From Ptychomitrium polyphyllum (taxonomy: Eukaryota): DNA of 64,000 nt. The stretch spans positions 5,952,001 through 6,016,000 of the forward strand of contig OZ316775.1 in NCBI GenBank assembly GCA_973851085.1, read 5' to 3'. Position 1 is the first letter of the stretch. Each line of letters starts with the position of its first letter. The notes beneath the pieces are model-generated. The model did no database searches. It was not told the origin of the DNA and saw only the letters and a list, made by a program, of their open reading frames with translations. The translations under genes and the position numbers were made by a program. Below, piece after piece: positions 1 to 16,860 of the stretch.

Positions 1-15
1 TGTGAATTTGCGGCC

Positions 16-3000
16 ATGGCATCGGAGGGGAGCTCTCTCGCATTTCGGCTGAATCTGCTGGTTGTGGTAAGCTCGATCCACCCGCCTTCTTCATTTTACC
101 ATACTTGGTGGGGACATGACCTTGTTCAGGCCAGTTCAAGGTTATGGTTAAGCTCGCTTTTGAAGATGTGTGATCTGGTTTCTGTTTTCTGGGAAATTGG
201 GTCAAGAATCGTATGTTTGAAGAAACATCATTTAATGATGATGTCTAGGTGAGGTTCTCTTAGAAAGAGGATATGACCATATTCGGGCCAGTGCAAGGTT
301 TAAGGTTAGCCTCGGTTTGAGATCACTGTTGCCTGGTTTTTATGGTTTGAGAGATTGTGTTTAGGATTGCATGCCATGAGAGAGATCATTCAATGATGAT
401 ATATATGTGGTTTTCTCTTGGTGGAACTGATAATTTAGCGGATCGCATGTGTGGGGTTAGTGATGGTAATCGAAGCAATTGGGGAAATTGATGAATAAGG
501 GAGCTGTTGGTGGTTTTGGGACTGGGTGTGATTTTGCAATCGATGTTTGGGAACTGGGTTGTGTTGTGTTATAGGATGTTGAATTTGGAATGAAGGTGAG
601 CAGGAGATCAAGTAAGAGGGTTGTGGCGTTCGTGTTGCATGCGCAGGTGTTGTCAGTTGCGGTGTGGGGTTCCTTGTACTTCAACAAGTATTTACGTGAG
701 CTTGAATTGACTGCCAGGTGTGTGCTCAGAGTAGAGGTTGAACGTATTCTGTTAGCGCCTTCTGCATTGTGAATCTTGTGTCCTTAGAAATAGTTCCGCA
801 AAGTCATTTTTTGATCGAGGGTTTTGTTAAGAAATTAGTAGTAGAGAAATTGAAGGTAACTTGATAACACCCGAACTTTATTTTCTGGTCTAACCTTAAA
901 GAGAAGGAACCGGTGAGCTTTGGCATATGCATGATCTCCACCAAGAATGTTGATTTCATCAATTCAGAGGTTAGCATTGGGTTTTTGTCTATATTATTAA
1001 AACAGGGGAATAGAATTAAGCTTCTCAAGTTGCGAAGACGTGCAAGGTGCAACTAAGGAAAATTTCTTCTGGAAACCTAACTTCTTTAAACCCTAGCAAC
1101 AGTTGGAGCGGGCATAACTTTGGCCTTCTATGTTCTAAAGTTGGTATTGTCTTGCTGTTGCTCTGGAATGGCTTCTTCCAGCAATGCAGGGACATGCCCA
1201 CTTTTGGATTATGGTACGTATGCACATATTTCTCGACCATCTGAGAAGTACATCTCTTTGATACTGCCAGCATATAATGAGGAGGCTCGACTCCGCATTA
1301 CTCTTGATGAAATGTTGAGGTACCTCCTCTACTACTAATCCTGTTTATATTGAGGATTGTTGTTTCGAACAGAAACATCTATATTTGACAGAATCATGTC
1401 ATGCATTGTATGATAGGACCCAGCCAGATACATTAGTATGGTCACGATTTTATCTGGCTATGTCCGTGACGATAATCCTTCCCGTTTTACGTTCTGCAGT
1501 TATCTTCAAAAGCGAGCAGAGAGCGACAAGTTATTCACTTATGAGGTGTCTCCCTTGCGATATGAGTACCTTTTTAGTGGTTTTACCTATTATGTATCTC
1601 AGCTACTGCGCTATTGACTTCATTACCAGTCCTCTCATAGATTATGTAGGTGGAATACACATTGATAAAGCAGCAGGTTTTAATAGCGTTTTGGATTCGC
1701 CTTGTTGGTGGGGCCAGGTAATTATTGTGGACGATGGCAGCACTGACAAGACTCTGGAAATTGCAAAGGAGTATGTAAAAACTTATGGCATCGATACAAT
1801 ACGGGTTCTTAAACAAGTCGTGAACCACGGCAAAGGAGCAGCTGTCAGAAAGGTATTCATGTCCTACCGTGACGATTTCTATTTTTGCTATCAAATTAAC
1901 AGTTGGATACTTCTTTGGATGTTTGTGATACCGTCGCTTTGTGAAGTAGTGTATGCTATGAATAGCTAAGCATTTTAGAAATTTTGTCAAGTCTTGAAGA
2001 TCGTCAGTGCTGAGAGTTGGAGCAAAATGCAGGGAATGCTATGTTCTCGTGGGGAGCTACTCTTGATGCTCGACTCTGATGGTGCCACCAGATTCGCAGA
2101 CTTGAGAAAGTTGGAACTACAAGTAAGTCTTTGAATCTTCTTCATTCTGCTGAACGCATGTGTTTGTAGAGAATCAGAGAGCGTGGAACGTCTTAATAGT
2201 CAGTTACAATGTTACAGTACCGAGATGTTTGTGATGTTTGTTCAGATGTTGCTAAGTATGGCAGATCAGAATAGATTTGCGGAGGCAGGCTCTGTCTATG
2301 ATGGGGACAGTATCCCCGTCGCTGTGTGGGGATCTCGAGCACACCTAGAAAAGCAAGCATTAGCCACAGTAAGTGGGTTTCCCTTTTAGACCCCTTCTAT
2401 TACGAAATCATAAACAGTTACAGTTGTCGCTCATGTGCTCTTTTTCAATATTCAGTAAGCTGGCTTCCATATAAGCGCAGTCAGTATGGAATTTCTAACA
2501 CGAACCCCAAGTGCAGGGCTTTTGAAGAGCAGTCTAGACTGTTAGTTCTGTCTTCGTATGAAGGTATCTGCAAGTGATGGTCTGGGAATATATCTTGAGG
2601 TTTTTCCTATATTTGTTATGCAGCGCAAGTGGTATCGTAATATTCTCATGAAGGGCTTTCATCTTTGTGTTCGCTTTGTTGCTGGTGGAGGCATCCGTGA
2701 TACTCAGGTTCGTCGTCTCTACAGTACTCTTTTATTCTGCATATCATGTTGTTGTAGCTCAGAGACATCTTTTTGGTAAGTATTTTAGGTATGACTGTAA
2801 ACATTACAAGTGAAATCACAAAAATCACAGCCGTGTACAACATTGGTGCTAGTCTCTTGGTGCTCAAATTTGCAAAATCTAAATTAGCGTTCATGAAAAT
2901 GTTGGAACTGTCAATACATGTGGTATCTGGTGAAGTTTTTTAAGGAAAACATAGGAATGTCGAGGATGGATTCTGTATGTTACAATTTACACTCAGGAAC

Positions 3001-3486
3001 TGATGATTATTGGATCGTTGGCAGTGTGGTTTCAAGCTGTTCACACGAGCTGCAGCTCGTAAATTATTTTCCAACATGCGGTTGCAAAGGTGTTGCTTTC
3101 TTCTCTACAACTGGTTTATTTACTATATGAATGTATTACGAGGGTCCGTGATTAATATACCAACATTCTGAATGTCCATGCTCACTCATTCAACAAATGA
3201 CGGTCATCTTCGAGAAGAAAAGAAGCAACGCTCTATGATTTTGTACTGTTTAACCCTCTGGGCAATTTCATGAGGACTTGGTTGCTTGTGTAGGTGGACA
3301 TTTGATGTGGAGTTGCTTTACCTCTGCAAGAGGCTGCGCATCCCTGTTCATGAAGTGGCTGTTACTTGGTCAGAAATCGCAGGATCAAAAGTGAAGCTAC
3401 TTGGCATTGCCCATATGCTTGTAGAGCTCCTCCTTATTCAAGTAGGTTATGGACTTCGTGTATGGAAAATTGTGACTCGTTCATAA
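16..3486 (+). CDS. ALG5: Dolichyl-phosphate beta-glucosyltransferase (GT2 family), multi-exon
   Basis: Approximate GT-AG exons: 16-66 (MASEGSSLAFRLNLLVV), 647-717 (TM VLSVAVWGSLYF), 1182-1319 (EKYISLILPAYNEEARL), ~1499-1545, 1718-1851 (VIIVDDGSTDKT...NHGKGAAVRK), ~2033-2122 (GELLLMLDSDGAT), ~2246-2368 (AVWGSRAHL), 2624-2707 (GIRDTQ), ~3025-3089 (CGFKLF), ~3294-3486 (WTFDVELL...WSEIAGSK). These are typical ALG5 motifs. Confidence 0.9.
114..420 (+). repeat. Degenerate ~155-bp tandem duplication in ALG5 intron 1
   Basis: ACATGACCTTGTTCAGGCCAGTTCAAGGTT... (114) vs ATATGACCATATTCGGGCCAGTGCAAGGTT... (271). Both units end in ATCATT(T/C)AATGATGAT...TTCTCTT. Confidence 0.7.
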
Positions 3487-4951
3487 CAATTTGATACAAA
3501 AAACTTCGCTCATTCATGTTGTATTTGAGGTTGTTAATTGAGTTCTTTGCTCACCTATTTGCTCTCCGGTTATCATTTATTGAACTGTGCCATGATATGG
3601 TACTGAAGTGTCATTTGATATGAAATAGACTTGAATCAGTTAAGTGGTCATGAACCTGCTTGATTACTGATATTAAGAATCCGCTCGAACACCCAGAGCA
3701 AACATGTTAATTAAAGGTTGCTACAATGATTGGTCTTAACCAATCTTGGTAAATTTCTACTTTACGATCATTCTAACAGCTAGGAAAGCCAAGAGAGTTG
3801 TATTAAAAAAAAAGGCTCTGGAGGTCGATACTTAAATTCAGTCACCTATTATACTGAAGTGCTTCAAGAATCATCAAGTGTGAGATATGAAGTTGCTGTG
3901 AAGTTAGAAAATGGATATGCAGAGGATGCATGTAGAAATGGAGGTTGTTTTCATTAGATGAAGGATGTGTATACTGTATGTCATGCAATTACGATATATC
4001 TTGGTGAAATTTAAAATCCTTGTACTTTTTTGAAGTGGTTTGTAAAAAATGATTCATATTAAACTTCCCTTGTAACTGCTGACATTTTTACTTTCTCCAT
4101 CTCACAGAGAGATTTTGATTTGCAACCACACACTCATTTCCTTAGCAAGTCTTTCAAGGAATGGCTTTGCTAGATGTGCATTAAGGAAGAATTTTGTAAC
4201 AAGCTAATGCATACCTCTTAACTTTAAGAATTTAGTTTATAATAAGAACCAAAGTTTCAGGTCGTTTTTTGAAGTAAATATAACATACACTTTATTATCT
4301 TCAGTTTGTCTTCTAAGATTTCTTATTTATTTTTTGCTCAAATTTTGCACGTGATATTTTGTTGAAAAGCTATGGCAACATAGCTTCTAACATGTCATTA
4401 TTTGTCTTTTGATAACCTAGGGCTTAGCTTTGGAAAATGATGACATTACTAAAAGAAGGTTTGATCTTTTAGATTAGGAATTTCAATTCAATCATAAAAT
4501 ATATGCAAATTCAAAAATAGCCTAGATGATTGAAATCAAACTTGAAGAAGTGGCAAGAGCACCAAATTATTATAAACCAGGCGTGATAATTATATACATT
4601 GTCCATCTTTTACAAAGTTGCTTCATACAGATGCTCGTTTTAGGAGGAGATTTGCAAAACACATGTTTTTTTAAAATTATTAAAAGCCCTAAATTTAGTA
4701 CATGTTTACATTATTGTGTTACAGGTCACTTGCTAAGGATACAATTCTACACTGTGCAAGACTTCACTAGAAGATTGCATTGAAAATATGTTTTTTGGAC
4801 AAACAACTGCACATGAAGATAAAGAAACTATCTTCACAAACCCAACACTCCCAAAGAGTCCTGAATCCTGATCTCACATCTTGAAGAGTAGAAATCACAT
4901 CCTGCTTTGATATGCATGAAAAAAAGTGTAAAAAGTGAAACTGTCCAATTC

Positions 4952-5080
4952 GTATCAACAGTAAGAGAAGCTTCATTGATTTTCACATAACTTCCTATTT
5001 ACTTTAATGTGACACATTCATATCAACAGCAAGAAGAGAAGCCTCATTAATCTTCACATGAGAACTTTCTATTTACTTTC
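4952..5080. repeat. Imperfect ~68-bp tandem duplication in RPN11 3' UTR
   Basis: TATCAACAGTAAGAGAAAGCTTCATTGATTTTCACAT...CTATTTACTTT is followed by TATCAACAGCAAGAAGAGAAGCCTCATTAATCTTCACAT...CTATTTACTTT. Confidence 0.75.
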
Positions 5081-5092
5081 TAAAGAAACTGC

Positions 5093-7962
<2,870 letters not shown>

Positions 7963-10900
7963 ATCCTTCAATGCTCTCCCTCTCTCTCGCTCTCCCTCTC
8001 GACAACACCCAACCTCCATCGTCACACTGCGCTCCCCCAGCATATCCTTCCCAAAAGTAAACGAAAAAGCGAAAAGGCTCGTTCCCACGCCCCCACGTTC
8101 CCGCAGAAAAGATTGTCGAGGAGGCCATGTGTCTGTTTGCGATGAGTTAGAAAGTGGAGTTTTAGACTGTGCTTTGTATTGCGCTTTGTATTGTCTCGTG
8201 AAAGGGTATGTAAGAATATTGTTTTAGAATGTGATGATTGCAAACGGGTTGGTTCTTTATATAAGTGATGGGTGTATTTTTAAGATTTTTGATGTTGAAG
8301 TCGCATGGTAAGTATGCCACTATTTAATTTAAAATAAGTGTTACATGTTGAAAGTATAAATTCTTTTTTGTGAATTATCTTATTTATAACGAAAAAATGG
8401 ATTTTTGGAAAAAAAATTAATCAATAATGGCTCTTTTTAGAAGTTATTGAGATGTTTATCAGAAAATGACAAATTTGATATGTGACTAAAATAATCATAA
8501 AACATTGAGCATAATAGCTAACACCAAGTCTTTAGAAGAATTAAATGATGAATAAATGAACCATCTAGATTTAAGATATTTTTTGTTGAAATTGAATGAA
8601 ATTATTAATTTCTATATGAACAAGGAATGTATGAATGAAAAAGAATTCTACTAAAAACTTGGATGAATATGAGAAAATTTGGCAATACCATATTGTGTAA
8701 TATTTCTACTTTCTAGCTAATTATTTTTTAAATAATGTAGAATAAAATTGAGTAATCCTAAAATTTTGGCAATGTTGTAAATGGAAATGGATTGGTGTAG
8801 AAGAACTTTCATTATTTATTAGTAAGATAATGGCAAATATATTCTTAATTTTTTTACATATATAGCATAGTGGAAAAATGTCTTTATGTCTAATTAATTG
8901 GAATTTAAAATATTTTATTTACTATTATCTACAAAAATGTTTTTTTAAAAAATAAATGTTTAGTTCTTTATATTTCTTTTAAAATTATGAATTTTGATTT
9001 TAAAAGATTTTATAAAATGTGTTTGTTGTTGATTTTAAATCTTAAAAGATAAAATATATTTTTTAAAGTATCATAAATGTAAACAAATTAAGATACAAAA
9101 ATTTGAACATCGGAATCTTATAGTAGACTTGTTGCTAATGGTGCAAATTAAAATTAGAGTTGTGAAGCTTCATAGGTTGAAAGATCATAATATTTCAATA
9201 TTTAAAATATATATAACATATGCTTGTTGCACTTTGGATTTAGAATTTTATTATTAAATTTAAAATTTATAAGAAATATCTTTGGTTTTGAATTTGTTAA
9301 AAAAATCATAAGAATATATTGGTATAAGAAAAAACATTAGAAATTATTGTTGTGTTCAAATTAGCTTTGTAATGCCGATGTATAGCTCAAGATTTATAAA
9401 CCTAAGCATATATAGAATTAAAGCCAATTGTACTAAAACAATTATTGAATCTTCATAATGACTTAAATGGATGCAATATACTTTTCATATCAAATTCAAC
9501 TTGACTCAAAAATCCAATTCAATGATTTTTAATGGAATATATAGTAAATGAAGGAAAAATGGTTCTTTATAAATTTAACAATTAAAGGTTCAAAATCATT
9601 TAATTAGCACCCTTAGGAACTAAAGTGCATGCATTCAATATTCTATAGATACATGAATTATATTTATTAATAAAAAACCAACTATATATTAAATTAGGAT
9701 TTTTTGAAATATTATTAAAAAATCCATTGATTTTGTGAATTTTTTATACAAAATTATTAAAAAATACATATATTTTTAATATTTAAAATATAAAATTTAA
9801 AAAAAAAAATACATTAATAATATATCAACCTTCTTAAATTTTAGCTCTATTCAATTCTTATACATTATAAGGCGCTTTATGATTTAAAGATTTGAAAAGA
9901 AATCATTATAAAATAATAATTGAAATAATATTTTGAAATTGGTGTACAAATAAGAGTATATATTTAATCAAACTCATCAATGCTATTACCAATTATTTTA
10001 TAAGTTCAAAGTTTATTCAAAATTTGATTATTAAGATAAATTGATATTTTTTTCTTAAATTCCAAAAATGCATTGAAACGAGTTTGAAATGACATAATCT
10101 TTATGTAGAATTTTATTCTGAAATTTTTCTAATGCTAAAATCATCAGAATTTTATACTTGTAAGGCCAATTTCGAATTAAAGCTAAGGTAAATTTAATTT
10201 AATGTAAATTTTATTTGGTCAAATTTTTATTTTTTTTCACATTTTGTATATTGATAAATTATTTATTTTAGTAACACCAAATGCAATCATTGGGTAGAAT
10301 AATAACTTAATGAAGTTTCTTTTGAAGAATTTCATGTTAAAAAAATATTATAATAATAAAAAAGATATCAAAAAATTTGACCATTAATTCAATTTAAATC
10401 AATTCATCTCTTAAGGATAAATTTCAAATGGATTACCATAGTATTAAATTGTCACAAATTATTAAAAAAAGTATTTAATTATTAATCTTCAAAAAAAATC
10501 CATTAATACATTCAATTAATATAAAAAATAAAAATTACATAACAAATAACGATTATGATTATATTGATGAAATACACAAAATATTCAAATAATTATTTGA
10601 TAAGTTTACATGAATGAAAAAATCTTTAAGGATTTTATTTATTTAAATGAAACTTTTTTACAATATTAAAATTATTATTGGACCAACGTTTATTAAATAC
10701 AATTTATAACTTAACTGTAAAAATATGTTTAGATTATACTTGGAAATAAAGATGGACATAGATATGGATTGGATTGAACAATAAAGTTCAAAATAGTCTT
10801 TATAGAAAGGTATACACCTCTTCAATAAATTAAAAAAAATCTAATTCTTTTGGTCTTTTTTAAAAATCTATTATTCTCTTTGGTACTAATCCAGCTCAAT

Positions 10901-12396
10901 GGTTTCAATCATCTTCTTAATACAAAATATAAACATGTTTCCAAACTTTTTAATTTTTTGCTTCTTGTTCAAAACATTTATTATTATATAAATTATTATA
11001 CTTAAATTAATGTTTGAACTCACTTTAAACAAGCTTTTGTACTTACTAATGAATTAAGAGATGGTTCTTTGTATTTGTAACATGTGCGTTTAAAAGGCTT
11101 TAAATCTTACTCAACATCAGATATATTATTTTATCTAAAATTGTATTAGTACATATGACATGAAGTTATATATGCATTGTAAATATTATTTTTGGATACC
11201 AATGAATTTATGAATATGTTTCTGGAATAGAATCTATTGATGCAGCTCAAATGATGCTTTATCTTATGGGCATCATAGTTCAAAGCTTTACAGATTTTGG
11301 TTGAATGACTTCATTCTTTTATACAAAGCTTGAAGCTTAAAAAGGTTTTATTTAGGATTCTTTCATAATCAATATATTTACTTTTCAAAAAAAATTATTA
11401 CAATCTTTTTAAAATTTATAAATCTATCTAATAATATATTTTTTTGTTTAAATAAATAGGAATTGATTACATGCTATATCATTGATTTAGCTTTTATAGT
11501 TTTTATGCAATAATTATAATGTTTAGATAGCACTAATCCAAACATGTATTAATATAAGGGAAAAAATAATTATAAACAATTGTTCCATACATTGGATTTT
11601 ATTAATACCAATTATTTGACTTATTTCCAACAACCAAGAATAGAATAGAAGTTAGTGAGTCATCTTCATTAGCTATTGCATAATTATTAAAATTTAAATT
11701 GATCTATGATGTATTAAAAATCTTAATTAAATACATGAAATTTATTTGGAACTTGCAGAAAATTAAATATAGGTTGAAATCTTGGTTCATTCACTAAAAA
11801 TGGCCCAAAGTTTGAAGACCTCAAAAAGACATAAAGGTTTAGACTATATTTTTTTTTAATACAATTCCATTATAAAATCAAATTTTGTAATATTTAGTTA
11901 AAATTTTCAAACCAAAAGATATTGATAATGTATTTTGTTGGATGTTGATAGAATATAAGGAAGCTTAGCAATTGCCAACCTTATTTTGTTTGCTCCTATG
12001 AAGTACCGTTTAAAAGAGGTTATTGTTTACCAAGCTATTTATCTATTCAATGACATCATGAATCTTTTTTGTGAGTATTATTGGTTTTAAACAACTATTC
12101 TTATAAACATATTATCATCAACATCATGGAAATTTAATCAATTATGTGAAATATTTTTGTTCTTATTATTAAAGTAAAGAATTGAACTCAAATTGGTTTT
12201 TAAACCTAATTATTGTTTCTACATGATGCATTGTCTTTTAGCTCCTTACATTCAATTCTTATAGAAAATTTTATGAGATTATGCAAGTTTTGCTTTAAAA
12301 TAGAAAGATTAAATTTTTTAAATAAATATATCAAAAAATGTAAATGTTTTCAAACAACTAGATTGAATATTGTGTGAATAGGAGGTGCTTCAAGAG

Positions 12397-14550
12397 ATGG
12401 AAGATTGTATAGGCATTGATGATCTTGGATGTCGAGACAAAACACTTGCCTTACACCTCAAAGGTGGTGCTATTGCACTCATTATGGGATGTAGTGCCCT
12501 TGGTGTGGCTTTGCCATTAGTTGGGCGCCGCATGCAATGGCTCAAAATGGATGGCAATCTCTTTTCTACAACAAAAGCCTTTGCAGCCGGGGTCATTCTT
12601 GCCACCGGCTTTGTACATATGTTGCCAAGTGCTATGGAATCTTTAACAAGCAGATGCTTACCACGCTTTCCATGGCATGAATTTCCTTTCACAGGATTCA
12701 TTGCTATGTTGGCATCGCTAGTGACATTGGTAATAGATTTTGTAGCTACTGAGTTTTATGAAACACAACACAAACATGATACTTCAGAAGTTTCAAAAGG
12801 AGGATTGGACCCTGAACCTACTACTGATGTGCCTGCCCATGCTCGTAAGTTTCTAAGTTGATTCAATTCTCAAATAAACAATATTATAGTGCCTTATGTA
12901 TATTATACATTTTATTTGTAACAATAATTTAAATATAATCTAATATTGTACTTATTAGATTTAGCAAGTAGTATATAAATTACAATATTTAATGTTTTAC
13001 TTTACTTTCAAGGTTTTATATGCAGTATTTTACCCTTATAAAATTCTTTCAAATTTTCCATTTCAGAGATGTTGTATAAATCTTTCACAGCATGTGGCTG
13101 CGGGATTTATTCAGCAAAACGTTCACCATGTAGACTTTTTAACAGAGGCTGCTTTAGTTCTGTTGCTGGTGAGTTGGTATATACTTCTATGGAACAGCTT
13201 AGAGGTTGTTAAGAGTTAAATCTTTGATCTTTTGTCGACTTTTGTATATATTTTTATAAGAATGATTCTCTTATGGAAATATAATTAATAATATGTGCCA
13301 ATCTTTATACAGATTTGTTGTAGCTTGCATAAGATTGTAATGGCTGTTATTAATAAGTTCAATTTACGTTCCTCTCAACAAGAGATGTTCCAATGATGTC
13401 AAAGCCTAGGCTAAATTCATCATGTGTTGTGCATATGGATTCCAAATGTAAATATATATTATTCTAATGGTTGCAGAAAAAGATGCATACAATGAGATTG
13501 TTATTGCAGAACAAGTTTTGGTTCCTACAATAGAAAAGGAGAAAGAATCACTTCCAGAAGGGGATAAAAAGGTACACATAATAGGTATGCGTGCACATGC
13601 TGAGTCACACCACCATAGCCATGCCGAGGCCACCTGCAATGAATCAATCCATGATCAGGTTCTTGAAAATGTAGGTCATTCCCACAGTGAGATAGGCGCT
13701 ACCACCAATGAAGTTTTGGAGCATGTTAGACATGTGGTTGTTGCTCAAGTAAGCACCATAATCTTTTATTTTGTTTCAGTGTCAAATAACTACATACAAT
13801 ATCAATGCAGTTTTCATCTCTATTCAACATTGTTTCCTTCTTCAAGTTAAGTGTTTGTAAGTTAATTTTATATGAAGAGTTTTAGGCAAATTTGATGTTG
13901 ACTTGATTGGTATCAGTGACCTGATTTTTTATTTGGTGTGATATGTTTAGGTGCTTGAATTGGGCATAGTTGCACATTCAGTGATTATTGGAGTTACACT
14001 TGGTGTATCAGAGAGTCCTTGCACTATTAGACCTCTCCTTGCAGCTTTGAGCTTTCATCAATTTTTTGAAGGTTTTGCACTTGGTGGATGCATTGCTCAG
14101 GTTTGAATTTATTTCCTATACATGTAATTTTTCATTTGCTTTTTAAAATTGAATAACTATTAAATGTATCATATGCTGAGTAGAAAGTTCAAGAGCTTGA
14201 GATCAATGAAGGATGGAATTAATGTTGCTAAGCTGATTGTACAGGCAGGGTTTAGCTATAGCTCTGCAATGATTATGGCTTGTTCTTTTGCAATCACCAC
14301 ACCCACTGGTATTGGAATTGGGATTGGCGTATCATCAAGTTATGACATAAAGAGCATAAAGTCACTTATTGTAGAAGGCGTATTTGATTCTATCTCAGCA
14401 GGGATTTTGGTGTATATGTCTTTGGTGGACCTCATTGCCGCTGATTTTCTTAGCAAACGCATGCGTTGCAATCGAAGGCTTCAATTATATTCATATGCAT
14501 CTTTGATATTGGGATGCTTTGCAATGTCTGCTCTTGCAATTTGGACTTGA
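12397..14550 (+). CDS. ZIP family zinc/iron transporter (ZIP4/IRT3-like)
   Basis: [17 protein letters not shown] (TM2), His-rich loop [28 protein letters not shown] and [14 protein letters not shown] (TM4/5), [22 protein letters not shown]-terminal MSALAIWT. Exons 12397(or upstream acceptor at 12381)-12844, 13067-13168 (putative), 13477-13748, 13951-14100, 14245-14550. The true start is uncertain. Confidence 0.92.
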
Positions 14551-16860
14551 CTTGCTAGGCCCAAAGATCACAATTTTGTAGAATTATTATGTGAGAGGTT
14601 GTTGAAATTAAGGTAAAGTAATGTTTCAAGGTTTGTAGATTTGTTTCTTCATGAGCATTTGTAAGTAAGATAGGAGTTCTTTGATATACATTCTTATTTC
14701 CACATAGATTTTTAGCATCATTTTTATGAGAATTAGTTCATCAAATAGGATTTTTTCTCATACAAATGTACAAATATTCATATTGTACTTTGTATAAAAA
14801 TGTTCTTGTTGAAACTTTTAGCAACTCACATGTCCCTTAGATTTTGAGGCCGTTCCTTTTGCATAAACAATTAAATGAACAAATCATTGTATTATTCGAA
14901 GTACGTTTATTTTATTTTTGAATTTCAAAATGCATTGATTTAAAGACTTAAAATGGCATACAAAAATAACCTTGATTGTAATGTTTTGTGTTTTAGTTCA
15001 ACAATTGTTACATATGTTTTTCCAATTTTAATTATTTATTTAGCAATACTCATTAAAGATCCACTATAAAGTTTATTTAAAGCATAAATTTTTAATAAGT
15101 TTGAAGTTACCTTATGAGTGACATTTGACTAGCTTCCATATATTGACATTTGACTAACTTCCATTTATCAATATTTTATATGCTTTAATTGATTTTTTAA
15201 AATTCTTTTTTAAAATAAAAATCAATGTAATAAAACTTGTAAATATTAAGAAATTTCCATTCCAAAAGTATAACATTTTCTACAAGTGGAGCAATTCACC
15301 TTCACTGTGAAAAGTGGGAAATTATACATAAATAAAAGTAAAGGCATGTGGTGGTGAATGCATAAATTCATAATTTTGATTTAATAACTTGGCCTACAAA
15401 TCTCCTCAATTATGACAAGAACATGATTTTGACAATAAAATTTTACATTTAGATTATGGAATTATACATTCAAAAAAGATGTTTAAAAGATCATTGAAGA
15501 ACATTATGGAAACAATGTAGGATTACCCAAAACCAAGAGTCTGAGCAAAACCAACATTATCTACACATGACTTAACTTTTGGATATCCAAATATATGCCA
15601 CTAATTAATAATGTTCAATTCCTTGCACAATCAATTTTGAGTATTCATAATCGAATATTCTCAACCTTACGAGTTGACTTACTCACCCTATGCGCTAAGA
15701 ATGTTACCAAACATGGAACCGAATTTGCATCCAAAATTGAGAAAGTTGGGAAATGAATGGAGTGGGTCACGAAGAGGACTTCCTCCTCAGCATGTGGTGG
15801 AGTACGAAGCCACATCTGCTGAAGAGCAGCAATCCAAGGTGGGCTTCAGCTAGTGCAGGATCCCTGAGGCCGTCCCTCAGACATGAACAATGGTATGGCC
15901 CACAAGCTCCCATAGCTTATAGGAGCACCTACAACCACCAATTCAACTTCCTACTATAAATCCCTATTCGTAAAGAATCCCTAACCTGGAAAAATCATAA
16001 CTTAACGTAAGTGTACCATGAATTGCTGGAAGTTTGCAAGAAGTTACGACCGCATCTATAAAATTTGAAGATTAATACGAGTAAGATATACTCATCACTA
16101 TAGATCTGGGAGGTGTCGAACACGGGTACATGTGGATCAGATGCAACTCTTCTAGCGTAGAACCCAGGACTCCCGCATGACGATAGTTCGTCGATACGCA
16201 GCTCAGCAGGGAGGTATCACAGCAGTAGAAACATGATTATCGTGCAGGTATCAGCCGAAAAGTGGAGGTGGGCACCCGGGACTGGTGGTGAGCACCCGGG
16301 AGTGCGGGTGCCGCATGATATGGTGCGCGTTACGGGCCCTGCACTGGATTCATGGCCCGATTGCACCGAATGAACTGTTCCGGAAGGTGGTGGCGCATGG
16401 CGGGTGGTTCCTCTTGTCTCGGCTCCATTCGCATAAGCGGAGTTTAGCTCCAAGGTCGCATACTTCCTCACGTAAAGTGGGAGATATGGGATTAGATGAC
16501 GGCCGCACAGGCCTTATCTCACGAGGGTCATGGAGTTCACGCAACATAACAGCAAACAAGCACCTCTTTTTCTCCAGCTCAGTTATGAATCTGAATCCGA
16601 CGGAGCGTTTTCATGGTTGAGTTTTGGGCGACCAACCGCTCGTTCTATCCATTCCTGGTAGGCCAGGCAGTTCTCCAAAAGTGCGGCCTCTGGAGAGAGG
16701 TGAACACGTCAGTGGGTGTACAGTTGGGTGCTTGGTTGTTGCTCCTGGTTTTTTCAATCGAAGGTGTGAGTTTGGGGGTGGTCTTTGGGACGAAAACTGG
16801 ATTCTTTGGGTAGTGAGTTTTGGTGAGTGCGTGTTGGTGAGTGAGTTTGGTGGGAATTGG

